Translations under genes and position numbers: made by a program | In this document: positions 36,782 to 46,900 of the stretch, one piece after another | Layout of the letters: every line of letters starts with the position of its first letter | Numbering within the stretch: the stretch's first letter is position 1 | Assembly (NCBI GenBank): GCA_045544635.1 | Contig: JAZPZJ010000093.1 | Span: 2,632-66,631, forward strand | Direction of reading: 5' to 3' | DNA length: 64,000 nucleotides | Source of the DNA: Oscillospiraceae bacterium | Lineage (GTDB): Bacteria; Bacillota; Clostridia; Oscillospirales; Ruminococcaceae | Notes under the pieces: model-generated | The model's input: the letters and a program-made list of their open reading frames with translations, nothing else | Databases searched by the model: none | Told to the model about the DNA's origin: nothing

Positions 36782-39412
36782 TCAGAAGCCTCTCTTTGCA
36801 AGATCCTTCTTGAATTTCGCATTGATCTTTTCTTCACGCTTCTGACGCTTGAGTTCTTCCTTGGTCAGAGGACGAGCAGGCTCAGCAGGCTTTTCTTCGG
36901 CAGCCTGCTTCGGAGCGGCTTCCTTCTTTGCTTTCGGCTTGTACTCACGGTACTGCAGCTCAACCTTCGGCTCTTCCTTCTTCTTGTACTTGGAAGTATC
37001 CTCGCCCATCATGGAGAGAATATCTTCTACGCTGTCAACGATTGCAACGTTGCCATCCTGCTGGTCGAAGATATTACCCTGCGGCGCAGCGGACTTGGAA
37101 ACAGCGGAACGGATGTAATCAGGCATATCGGGGTTGGTTTCGATCTTGGAAACACGAACGCCTTGGGACTTTCTCTTCTTGCCGTAGGTCATCGGCTCGA
37201 CAGTCGGATGCTCGGTATCCTCGGGCAGAGCGTAGGTTCCCATGGTAGGTACCTCTGCGGTCATCGGAGAAATGAGCGGTGCTTTCTTCTTCGGTGCAGG
37301 CGGTGCTTCCTGTACGGGGGCAGCTTCCTGAACCGGAGCCGGTGCGGGCTGCGGAGCAACAGGTGCAGGCTGCGGTGCTACGGGTGCAGGCTGGGGTGCT
37401 AAGGGTGCAGGCGGCGGTGCTACGGGTGCAGGCTGGGGCATTACCGGTGCCTGCTGCATGGGCGGAACCTGCTGCGCATAGGGCTGCGGAGCAACCTGCG
37501 CATATACGGGCTGACCATTTGCGTCATAACCCATGAACTGCGGCATTACCTGCTGCATGAAGCCATAAACGGGCTGACCGTTTGCATCGTATCCCATAAA
37601 CTGCGGAACCTGCTGTACGTTCTGCGGCATGCCCTGCATCGGAGCTTGTGCATACTGCGGCTGCATGGTGGGCATGGGTGCAGCAGGAATCGGCTGGGGT
37701 GCAGGTGTTTCCGGAACGGGCGCAGTGAACGCCGGAACCTCGGGAACTGTAACCTCTTCGATTGCCTCGGGCAGTTCCTCAACAGCCGGAGCAGTGAACG
37801 CCGGAACCTCGGGAACCGTAACCTCTTCGATCGCCTCGGGCAGTTCCTCAACAGCCGGAGCAGTGTATGCCGGAACTTCGGGAATCAGTTCCTCCAGATC
37901 GGGAACGGTGATGTTTTCGGGTTCGATTACAGGGATCTCCGGTTCTGCAGTCAGATCCGGAACTGTAATATTTTCGGGAGCGATCACAGGGATTTCCGGT
38001 TCTGCAGCCGCTGCAAGTTCTTCCAGATCCGGAACAGTGATCTGCTCGGGCGTAATTACGGGGATTTCAGGCTCGGAAACCGGAATGACTTCTACGTCCT
38101 CGATCTCTTCAGCAGGTGCTGCTGCCATATTCATCACAGCTGCAAACGGATCATCATCCTCTACAACCTCGGCAACAACTGCAGATGCAGGAGTTTCCTC
38201 CACGGAAGAATCGCCGAACATGCGGTTTGCGATCTCATCGAATTCCATGAATGCGTGGCTCTCGGCATTGCCTGCCAGCATTTCTTCTTCAAATTCAGCA
38301 GTGGTCTCAACGATATCAAATTCGGGGCTTTTTGTCTCCGGTGCTGCTGCGGGTTCTGCTACAGCGTCCGGAATGCTGAACTGTGCCATGATATCGTCCG
38401 TTTCCTCGGGGACGGGAGCTGCTTCCGGTGCAGTCTGCGGCATTGCAAACTGTGCCATGATATCGTCCATATCCTCCAGTACAGGTGCTGCAGGTGTATC
38501 CTCAGCAACGGGTGCAGGTGCTTCTTCAGCAGCCTCTTCCTCAGCTGCAGGAGCGGAGATACCAAACTGTGCCATGATGTCATCGAGTGTCTCAACAGCA
38601 GGTGCTTCCTCGACGGGTGCCGGAGCAGGTGCAGCCTGCGGCATTGCGAACTGTGCCATGATATCATCCGGATCATCGAGTACCGGTGCAGACACAGGTT
38701 CCTGCGGCATTTCTGCCTTTGCGGCTTCCTGCTGCTGTGCAAGGATGTTCGGGTTCTTGCCCTCATTTGCAGCAAAGGCAGCGGCAGTCGGATCCACTGC
38801 GGTCTTGGGCAGTGCGAACTGCGCCAGATCTCCGTCGAGTGCAAAGCCGCCGAAGGATGTCTGCGTCGGGGGCGGTGCAGCTGCGGGAGCAGCGGGCTTC
38901 TTCACCGGGGGTACATACTGTTCAAATTCAGGAACGGGTGCATCGTCCACACCATGGATCTCAGCCAGGGGCGGCGTTGCAGCAGCCTCTTCGGCTTCTC
39001 TTGCAGCCTTTGCCTCTTCTTCGGCTCTGGCAGCCTCCTCAGCGGCACGGCGTTCAGCGATCGCAGCGTTGCGTTTGTCACGCAATTCCTGCTTCTGACG
39101 CTCCTGCTGTACCTCGGCGAGGGATACCATATTCGGATCTTCACCCATAGTCTTCGTACGCTTTTTCTCTTCTTTCAGCATACGATTCATTTCTTTACGG
39201 TCTGCTTTCAGAATTCTCTTGGTAAACACGGTCTGGCACTTTTCGCAAGTTACCTCTGTCATCAGGCCGAATGCATCATCGACGGTTCCGCCGACGCTGT
39301 ATTTTGCCGCACTGTCAGGTCGTTGAAGATTGATGCCGCAGCCGGTTCTTTTATTGTTATCCGTTGCATGCACCGCGTTGCCCTTGGATTCGCGGATCAG
39401 AAAAAACTGCAT
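36782..39412 (-). CDS. 876-aa repeat-rich, Ala/Pro/Glu/Val-rich predicted disordered protein, function unknown
   Basis: ATG 39412 after GGAGG (MQFFLIRESKG...). No TM or signal peptide seen. N-terminal ~70 aa with Cys at GCG and CEKC. Charged coiled segment, at least five families of in-frame tandem repeats, and a Lys-rich C-terminus. Confidence 0.7.
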   Translation of the reverse strand: MQFFLIRESKGNAVHATDNNKRTGCGINLQRPDSAAKYSVGGTVDDAFGLMTEVTCEKCQTVFTKRILKADRKEMNRMLKEEKKRTKTMGEDPNMVSLAEVQQERQKQELRDKRNAAIAERRAAEEAARAEEEAKAAREAEEAAATPPLAEIHGVDDAPVPEFEQYVPPVKKPAAPAAAPPPTQTSFGGFALDGDLAQFALPKTAVDPTAAAFAANEGKNPNILAQQQEAAKAEMPQEPVSAPVLDDPDDIMAQFAMPQAAPAPAPVEEAPAVETLDDIMAQFGISAPAAEEEAAEEAPAPVAEDTPAAPVLEDMDDIMAQFAMPQTAPEAAPVPEETDDIMAQFSIPDAVAEPAAAPETKSPEFDIVETTAEFEEEMLAGNAESHAFMEFDEIANRMFGDSSVEETPASAVVAEVVEDDDPFAAVMNMAAAPAEEIEDVEVIPVSEPEIPVITPEQITVPDLEELAAAAEPEIPVIAPENITVPDLTAEPEIPVIEPENITVPDLEELIPEVPAYTAPAVEELPEAIEEVTVPEVPAFTAPAVEELPEAIEEVTVPEVPAFTAPVPETPAPQPIPAAPMPTMQPQYAQAPMQGMPQNVQQVPQFMGYDANGQPVYGFMQQVMPQFMGYDANGQPVYAQVAPQPYAQQVPPMQQAPVMPQPAPVAPPPAPLAPQPAPVAPQPAPVAPQPAPAPVQEAAPVQEAPPAPKKKAPLISPMTAEVPTMGTYALPEDTEHPTVEPMTYGKKRKSQGVRVSKIETNPDMPDYIRSAVSKSAAPQGNIFDQQDGNVAIVDSVEDILSMMGEDTSKYKKKEEPKVELQYREYKPKAKKEAAPKQAAEEKPAEPARPLTKEELKRQKREEKINAKFKKDLAKRGF
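37320..38700 (-). repeat. in-frame coding tandem repeats (several families)
   Basis: A 69-bp unit occurs 2.3 times at 37722-37882 (PEVPAFTAPAVEELPEAIEEVTV). EPEIPVIxPExITVPDL occurs 4 times (about 37885-38090). DDIMAQFxxP occurs 4 times plus 1 degenerate copy (about 38385-38700). APQPAPVA 24-bp units lie at about 37330-37440. PQFMGYDANGQPVY occurs twice (about 37500-37610). Confidence 0.85.
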
Positions 39413-39682
39413 AGCAATCCTCCTATTCAAATATACTCTATTCTTATCATAACACATTTCTAACATAAAATCAACTCTTTTTTTAAAAAAAATTTGATAT
39501 TTTACCGAAAGTATTACAAAAGGTTGAAATCGGGTAAAATTTTATGCGTTCCATTACGCTCTGAACAATTTGCAATTTCCGACAAAATGTGCTACAATAA
39601 AACAGAATGGATGCAGCGGCGGGAATATACCGGATGTGATCCGTAAGCCTGCCCATTATAATATGTATCGGAGGGATCTGAC

Positions 39683-40276
39683 ATGAGTAAAGTGATCTGG
39701 AAGGGAAGTGCACTGCTTGGACCCGTACCGCCGGCACTTGTGACCTGCGGTACGATGGAACAGCCGAACGTGCTGACCATCGCATGGACGGGGATCGTCT
39801 GCACACACCCGGCAATGACCTATATTTCTGTGCGCCCGTCAAGGCATTCCTATGGAATGATCCGGGAAAGCGGTGAGTTCGTGATCAATCTGCCAACCTC
39901 GGCAATGGCGAAAATCACGGATTACTGCGGCATGAAGAGCGGTGCCAAGGAGAATAAGATCCAGAAATGCAAGCTTTCGCTCTGCGAGGGTTCCGTGGTT
40001 GCGGCACCCGTGCTGGCGGATTGTCCTGTGAGTCTGGAATGCCGTGTCACAGAGGAGAAACCGCTTGGTTCCCACAGCATGTTTCTGGCGGAAATCGTTG
40101 CGGTGCAGGTGGAAGAACGCTTCCTCGACAGCAAGGGAAAGCTCAATCTCCAGCAGGCAGGCCTGCTTGCCTATGCGCATGGCGAGTACTTTGCGCTGGG
40201 TAGAAAATGCGGAGATTTTGGGTTTGCAGTGAAAAAGAAGAAAAAAATCAATAAAATCCAGACAAAAAAGCAATAA
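39683..40276 (+). CDS. flavin reductase-like (FMN-binding split-barrel) protein
   Basis: 197 aa: PALVTCGT...NVLTIAWTGIVCTHPAMTYISVRPSRHSYGMIRESGEFVINLP. Lys-rich tail. Confidence 0.8.
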   Translation: MSKVIWKGSALLGPVPPALVTCGTMEQPNVLTIAWTGIVCTHPAMTYISVRPSRHSYGMIRESGEFVINLPTSAMAKITDYCGMKSGAKENKIQKCKLSLCEGSVVAAPVLADCPVSLECRVTEEKPLGSHSMFLAEIVAVQVEERFLDSKGKLNLQQAGLLAYAHGEYFALGRKCGDFGFAVKKKKKINKIQTKKQ

Positions 40277-40375
40277 ATTCTATTAAAAATGATTGACAAT
40301 CCTGTAAAAATGTTCTATAATAAAACTACAAGTAATTCGTGAATTTTCAATGAACGATGAGGAGGAAGGATTTCT

Positions 40376-42811
40376 ATGAAAATGACCATGACCGAGCGTA
40401 TCCGCCGTGCGGCAAACTGCGGCATTGCGGTGCTGATGGCAACTGCGTTCACAGCGCAGATGTCGGCGGTTCTTATACCTGCCAAAATCGCAAAGCCGGT
40501 ACAGCTGGAAACATCCGCAGCGGAAAGCTATGACTACGCAAAGCTTCTGCAGTATTCCATGTATTTCTACGATGCGAATATGTGCGGTACGGGGGTTGAT
40601 GAGAACACCCGCTATGTCTGGAGAGGGGACTGCCATACCTATGATGCGCAGGTGCCCATGCAGCCGATTGATGAAAAAAACGTCGGTACAAATCTCTCAC
40701 AGGCATTTCTGGATCAGCATAAGGATGTACTGGACCCGGATGGTGATGGCTATATCGACGTCGCAGGCGGTATGCATGATGCCGGTGACCATGTGAAATT
40801 CGGTATGCCGGAGAACTACTCCGCTGCAGCGCTTGGCTGGGGCTACTATGAGTTCCGTGATTCCTATGTAAAAACCGGACAGGACGAACATATTGAAACG
40901 ATCCTGCGGTATTTCAATGACTATCTGATGAAGTGTACCTTCCGTGACGACAGCGGTACTGTGATCGCACACTGCTATCAGGTCGGTGACGGCGATATCG
41001 ACCACCAGTACTGGAATTCCCCCGAAGTGGATGAGATGGCAAGACCGGCATTCTTCCTGACTGCCGACAAGCCTCAGACGGACTATGTTGTATCTGCGGC
41101 AGGTTCTCTGGCGATCAACTATATGAACTTCAAGGATACCGATCCGGAGTATGCGGAAAAGTCCCTTGACTATGCATTGGCACTCTGGGATTTTGCCAAT
41201 GACAATCCCAAGGAACTGAGTGACAATGCGGATGGTCCGAAGCAGTACTACAAGTCCAACAAGTGGGAGGACGACTACTGCTGGACTGCAGCATGGCTGT
41301 TCCTCTGCACAGAAGATAAGTCCTATCTGGAACAGGCGGCGCCTTATGTGGACTATTATGCTCCCTCCGGCTGGTGCTACTGTTGGAACGATATGTGGAG
41401 CGGTGCGAATTCCCTGTGGGGTATCATCAACCAGACCTATCCGGAGCTTGGACTTGTGGATATGGTAAGAGCTGCACAGGGCAAGAACCAGTATGTTTTT
41501 GATAACTTCTGGGATGAAGTAGAAAAGTGCTTTCCCACATGGCAGGCACTGGAATCCCCCGGCGGCTACGCATTCCTGAGTACGTGGGGCAGTGCAAGAT
41601 ATAACACCGCAATGCAGCTGATCGCCTATGTCTATGATAAGTACAACAACAACGGAAAGCCCGGTGAATACAGTGACTGGGCAAAGAGTCAGATGGATTA
41701 TCTCCTCGGTGATAATCCCCTTGACCGCTGCTATGTGGTCGGCTACAGCGATAATTCTGCAAAATTCCCGCATCATCGTGCGGCATCGGGTCTGACTAAG
41801 TGCGAAGATCCGGACGAACATCGCTATGTCCTCTACGGCGCACTGGTCGGCGGTCCGGACGGGTCCGACCAGCACAGCGACACCACCGCTGACTGGGTTT
41901 ACAACGAAGTTACCATCGACTACAATGCGGCATTCGTTGGCGCAGCAGCCGGCATCTATGCATTCTACGGCACAGAGGACATGGAAGTGACGCCTGATTT
42001 CCCGCCGGAGCCGGAATATGGCGGCGATGAGAACGGCGGCACAAGCTATTGGGTGGAGGCATGCGGCATCGATGATCCGAAGGACGCTGGTGCAGGCGTG
42101 ACCAAGGTCTCCCTGATGGTCAAGACCACTGCGACCACAAAGCTTGACAACATCTCCATCCGTTACTATTTTGACGGTTCCGAGATGTCCAATCCCATGG
42201 GACTGACCTGCGGCGAACTGTATGACCAGGCGGCAACTGAGGCAGCACCGGCTGACGGTGTGGTCAGCGGCCCGTACAAGTACGACAAGATGGACAATGT
42301 TTATTACTTTGAAGTGACCTATGACGGTTACAATTTCGCAAACTCCGCAAAGAAGTACCAGTTCTGGATGGGTACCTATTATGGCGACAAATGGACGCCG
42401 GACAATGACTGGAGCTATCAGGGGCTGACGATGTTTGACAACGACTCTGCCTTCTCCGGCACTGGCAATGAAGTGCGCACCGATTACATCTGTGTTTACA
42501 CAGATGACACCCTGATCGGCGGTATTGAGCCGGATGGCTCCCAGCCTGCAACGGATCCGACCACGGAACCCACCACGGAACCCACTACGGAACCGTCGGA
42601 TACTGAGAACATCTATGGTGATGCGAACTGCGATGGTGAGGTAGATGTTCTGGACATTATCGTCCTGAACAAGAATCTGCTTGGCGGCGGTTCCCTTTCC
42701 GAGCAGGGAAAAATCAATGCGGACGTTGACGGCAGCGGCGAGGCAGACCCCAATGACTCCCTGAACATTATGAAGTTTATCGTCAAGCTGATTGATACAC
42801 TGCCTGTATAA
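40376..42811 (+). CDS. cellulosomal GH9 endoglucanase with CBM3-like module and C-terminal dockerin
   Basis: YDYAKLLQYSMYFYDANMCG, GGMHDAGDHVKFGMP and FPHHRAASG (GH9). A CBM3c-like segment, a TEPTTEPTTEP linker, and dockerin GDANCDGEVDVLDIIVL...ADVDGSGEADPNDSLNIMKF. Confidence 0.9.
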   Translation: MKMTMTERIRRAANCGIAVLMATAFTAQMSAVLIPAKIAKPVQLETSAAESYDYAKLLQYSMYFYDANMCGTGVDENTRYVWRGDCHTYDAQVPMQPIDEKNVGTNLSQAFLDQHKDVLDPDGDGYIDVAGGMHDAGDHVKFGMPENYSAAALGWGYYEFRDSYVKTGQDEHIETILRYFNDYLMKCTFRDDSGTVIAHCYQVGDGDIDHQYWNSPEVDEMARPAFFLTADKPQTDYVVSAAGSLAINYMNFKDTDPEYAEKSLDYALALWDFANDNPKELSDNADGPKQYYKSNKWEDDYCWTAAWLFLCTEDKSYLEQAAPYVDYYAPSGWCYCWNDMWSGANSLWGIINQTYPELGLVDMVRAAQGKNQYVFDNFWDEVEKCFPTWQALESPGGYAFLSTWGSARYNTAMQLIAYVYDKYNNNGKPGEYSDWAKSQMDYLLGDNPLDRCYVVGYSDNSAKFPHHRAASGLTKCEDPDEHRYVLYGALVGGPDGSDQHSDTTADWVYNEVTIDYNAAFVGAAAGIYAFYGTEDMEVTPDFPPEPEYGGDENGGTSYWVEACGIDDPKDAGAGVTKVSLMVKTTATTKLDNISIRYYFDGSEMSNPMGLTCGELYDQAATEAAPADGVVSGPYKYDKMDNVYYFEVTYDGYNFANSAKKYQFWMGTYYGDKWTPDNDWSYQGLTMFDNDSAFSGTGNEVRTDYICVYTDDTLIGGIEPDGSQPATDPTTEPTTEPTTEPSDTENIYGDANCDGEVDVLDIIVLNKNLLGGGSLSEQGKINADVDGSGEADPNDSLNIMKFIVKLIDTLPV

Positions 42812-42820
42812 TTCAAATCA

Positions 42821-42846
42821 ACTCCCATTCCGGATGGAATGGGAGT
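42821..42846 (+). terminator. 11-bp perfect hairpin after GH9
   Basis: ACTCCCATTCC-GGAT-GGAATGGGAGT. The MITE-like copy B starts 2 nt later. Confidence 0.55.
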
Positions 42847-42847
42847 T

Positions 42848-43070
42848 TCAGCTTGTCGAAAAAAGTATACTTTCACTTAAATTTGCCCCACAGCTAACAC
42901 GTCCTACGGGTGCCCATGATCCCCTCCCCAAAGGGGAGGACTTTTCGGTTATATACTGGGGGCTGTAGGGGGCGAAGCCCCCTACATGCGCCGAAGGCGC
43001 AACTAAGAATAAAAAACTAGTCCAGCCGTGCGCCGTAAAGCGCACTGGCTGCACGGGACTTTTTTGACAG
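42848..43070 (-). repeat. MITE-like structured repeat, copy B (inverted relative to copy A)
   Basis: See copy A. It has the same terminal sequences (TCAGCTTGTCGAAAA... and ...GGGACTTTTTTGACAG) and a longer, divergent centre with hairpin CCTCCCC-TTTG-GGGAGG. Confidence 0.8.
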
Positions 43071-43370
43071 ACTGCAGGGATACACAAAACAGCATCGGCG
43101 CTGTGCACCGATGCTGTTGCTTTTTATAAAATAAACCGCCTTGCCGTCATATAGCGAAATAAAACCAAGCTTTCGCCAGGTGGGTATCCGCCTGTATGCT
43201 GCACGCTCCCTTCATCCGGGATCCGCAGGAGGTATGCCAAGCACCCTTTGCTGCAGGTCGGGAGGTCTGCACTTCACATCCAGAGCTAAATTCCCTTAAT
43301 TTAAGTGTTGGATTATAAAAACTATAATTACCCGAACAAGGCAGAATATTTCACAGTGTGGTGGGTGGGA

Positions 43371-43682
43371 TTACTCCTCGTCCTCGCATGCTTCCTCAAG
43401 CATCTCGGAGATGCGGTCGATGAAGATGTTGCCGATGCGGTCGTATTCCTCGTCATTGTCAATTGTGGTCAGGAAGTCCACGCCATCCTCGTCTGCGCCA
43501 GCCTTCAGGATCACAAGCTCAGTGTCCTCTTCCAGTGCAGCCTCGGGATCCTCGGAATAAGGAACGAGGGCGTAGTATGTATTGCCGTCAACTTCCATGA
43601 CATCCATCAATTCGAATTCATGCTCGTTGCCCTCTTCGTCTGTTAAGGTAAAGATCTCGGGATTGAAATTCATTTCTTCCAT
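43371..43682 (-). CDS. DUF1292-family small acidic protein
   Basis: 103 aa: FTLTDEEGNEHEFELMDVMEVDGNTYYALVP... is the typical DUF1292 pattern. Confidence 0.8.
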   Translation of the reverse strand: MEEMNFNPEIFTLTDEEGNEHEFELMDVMEVDGNTYYALVPYSEDPEAALEEDTELVILKAGADEDGVDFLTTIDNDEEYDRIGNIFIDRISEMLEEACEDEE

Positions 43683-43857
43683 ATTTGACTCCTATCTGCC
43701 TCGAGGGCTGTGTTTTTTGCTGTGTTTATATTATACTATATTTTCACCAAAAAATCAAGAGGGAAATTCAGTTTTTTTAGATATTTTTTGGAGATGTATC
43801 CGGAATGGCGAAACTGCGCAGTTTAAAGAGAAAAATGCAGAATCTTTTTGTTTTTTG

Positions 43858-43886
43858 TTGCCACGGCGGTTTTTTTGTGCTATAAT
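43858..43886 (+). promoter_or_regulatory. sigma-A promoter TTGCCA-17-TATAAT for the giant helicase gene
   Basis: Hexamers at 43858-43863 and 43881-43886, spacer counted as 17 nt. Confidence 0.5.
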
Positions 43887-43931
43887 GAGGAAAAGCGTAT
43901 CCCTATATATTGTATGAAAGAAGTGAAGATC

Positions 43932-46900
43932 ATGGAACCGAAGATCCAAGCCGAAGTGCAGCTGACCCCCAGCATCAGTTTTGCCATGCAGCAGAATTAC
44001 GTTCCCGTTATCCGCAGCCTGCGTCTGACGAATTTAACCGATCTGCCGCTGTCGCAGCTCACGGTGAAGCTGACTGCCGAACCGGAATTCGCCCATCCTT
44101 TTGAAGCAAAATTGGAACAGCTCCTGCCGGACATGCCGCTGGAGATTGCGCCTGTGAAAATTGCAGTTTCCCCCGAATATCTCTACAGCCTGACGGAGAA
44201 AGTGGCAGCGCTCCTGCATCTGGAAGTGCTGTGCGGTGCGGAATGCGTCTGCCGGGAGGAGTATGCCGTGGAACTGCTGGCTGCCGACCAGTGGCAGGGG
44301 ATCCTGCGGCTGCCGGAAATGACGGCAGCATTTGTGACGCCGAATCATCCGAAGGTGACCGAGCTTGTCGGAAAGGCGGCACAGTATCTGCAGAAATGGA
44401 CGGGGGATCCGTCCTTTACGGGGTATCAGAGCCGCAACCCCAATATCGTAAAGAAACAGGCGGCGGCGATTTATGCTGCGCTGCAGGCGGAGAATATTGC
44501 GTATACCATGCCGCCCGCAAGCTACGAGACAGCGGGACAGCGCATCCGTCTTCCCCATGCGGTGCTGGAACAGAAATGCGGTACCTGTCTGGATCTCGCT
44601 GTGCTTTATGCGGCATGTCTGGAGGCGGTGCATCTGCGTCCGCTGATTGTTTTCATCAAAGGACATGCGTTTGCCGGCTGCTGGCTGGAGGAGGAGACCT
44701 TCCCCGAGTGTGTTGAGGATGATGTGACCGCTCTCACAAAGCGCATTGCTGCCGGCATCGACAGCCTGTGCCTTGTGGAATGTACGGATGTGACCGCCGG
44801 CAAGACCTGTGATTTTGACCGCACAGAGCAGCATGCAGCTGCACATCTGGAGGATCCGTCACAATTTGATCTGGCACTCGATATTCTGCGCTGCCGCTGC
44901 AGCGGCATCCGTCCCATGCCGACCCGGGTTGCGTCGGATGGTATCTTCGAAGCGGCTGATTTCGGAGAACGCAGCAGCCGGGAGATCACCGCAGCCCCCA
45001 GAGAACTGGATCTGCAGCTCCATGGCGCCGAAGCGGAGGCACAGGTAATTACCCGTCAGGGGATCTGGGAGCGCAAGCTTCTGGATCTGAGCCTGCGCAA
45101 CAGTCTGCTGAATTTCCGCCCCAGTTCCTCGAATGTCCAGTTCATGACGGCGGATATGGCAAAAATCGAGGACGATATGGCAAAGGGCACCGATTTCGGG
45201 ATCCTGCCGGTTCCGCAGGATATTACACTTACGCTTGGCAGCAGCAAGATGTATGAGATTGAGAATGACAGGGATCTGATCACGACCATTGCCGAGGCAG
45301 AATTCCGCAACAAGCGTCTGCGTACGTTTCTCAGTGCCGCAGAGCTGGAAAAGAGCCTGAAAAAGCTGCATCGTCAGGCAAAGGTGAGTCTGGAGGAAAA
45401 CGGTGCCAATACACTCTACCTTGCGCTTGGCTTCCTCAGATGGTATGAGACCGATCAGAGTGAACGTCCCCGTTATGCGCCGTTGGTGCTGGTGCCGGTG
45501 GATCTGATCCGCAAGGTGCAGAATCGTTCCTACACGCTGCGTATCCGTGGCGAGGAAACGCAGATGAATATCACCCTGCTTGAGATGCTGCGCCAGTTTT
45601 TCGGCATCCGCATCAGCGGTCTGCAGCCGCTGCCGATGGATGAGAGCGGCATTGATCTGCCCCTTGTTTACAATACCGTTCGCAAAGCGGTCATGTCCCG
45701 CAAGGGCTGGGATATTGTAGAATATGCTTTCCTTGGACAATTTTCGTTCAGCCAGTTCATCATGTGGAACGATATCCGCAACCGCAGTGAGGAGCTGCAG
45801 CGCAACAAGGTGGTCTCCTCTCTGATCGAAGGAAAACTGACCTGGACACCGCAGCAGATCGAAGCGACCGCAGCGGAGCTTGACAGCAGGATCGCTCCTG
45901 CGGATATGGCAGTCCCCACGAGTGCCGATTCCTCTCAGCTTGCGGCGATCTATGCCGCTTCCAAGGGAGAGAGCTTCGTGCTGCACGGCCCGCCCGGAAC
46001 GGGTAAATCCCAGACCATTACCAATATGATCGCCAATGCGCTCTATCAGGGGAAATCCGTGCTCTTTGTGGCTGAGAAAATGGCGGCACTTTCCGTGGTG
46101 CAGAAACGTCTGGCAGCCATCGGACTTGATCCGTTCTGTCTGGAGCTGCATTCGAACAAATCACAGAAAAAAGCAGTCCTCGGACAGCTTGCCCGCACGC
46201 TTGAAGTGGGACATATCAAATCCCCCGAGGAGTATGAGAAAACAGCGGAATCCCTCAAGGTACAGCGTGAAGCACTCAATGCCGTCATGGAACAGCTGCA
46301 CGGCATGCAGCCGATCGGCATGTCCATGTATGATGCGATCGTCCGCTATGACACCAATCTGAAATACAAGGGAACCATCGGCTTTGATGCGGATTTTGCT
46401 GCAGCATGCACCCCCGATGCCTATGCCGCATATCTGGATGCCGCTGCGAAAACGGCAACTGCGGGTAAGGAATGCGGCGGTTATCTGGCGTCATCGCTGC
46501 GGGATTACTGCCGCACGGATTATTCCATGGAGATCCGTGATGCATTTGAGCAGCATGCGCACCATTTGAAGAAACTTGCGGAAACGGAACGTGCACAATG
46601 GCAGACACTTTGCAGTCAGCTGCACCTTTCGCCTGAAATGCGCTATGAAGACTATGCTGCATTGACGGAGCTGCTGTATTCTGTGCGGCACGGTGATTAT
46701 CTCGGCGGCATGTTCTGCGAAGGTGCAAGACAGAAGGATGCACAGCTTTCGCAGCTGCTCCGAGATGGCACACAGTATGCCGGACTGCATGAAAAGCTTT
46801 CGTCCGAATATGAAAATTCGGTGTTCAGCGTGGACGCAGCCGCTGCAAAGCTTGACTGGAAACGCAATGAACAGAAGTGGTTCCTCCCGAAATTCTTCGG

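Noticed and set aside
37320-38700. Considered whether the tandem DNA repeats here, and at 58409-58630, could be a CRISPR array or a non-coding satellite.
   Set aside because: The units are contiguous without unique spacers, have lengths that are multiples of 3, and stay in frame within long ORFs. No cas genes are in the window.
37629-39463. Plus-strand 489-aa and 605-aa Ser/Gly/Ala- or Cys/Arg-rich ORFs.
   Set aside because: They are mirror frames of the repeat-rich minus-strand gene. Only the minus frame has a GGAGG-ATG start, structured termini and sensible repeat peptides.
43085-43310. Structured ~230-nt interval downstream of the DUF1292 gene (minus strand), with a possible TTGTTC-17-TATAAT promoter and a hairpin at 43088-43118. 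I considered SRP RNA or 6S RNA.
   Set aside because: I could not find the SRP domain IV signature (GGAAGGAAGCAGC-like) or convincing 6S end-pairing. It may simply be a 3' UTR. It is worth an Rfam scan but not supportable by eye.
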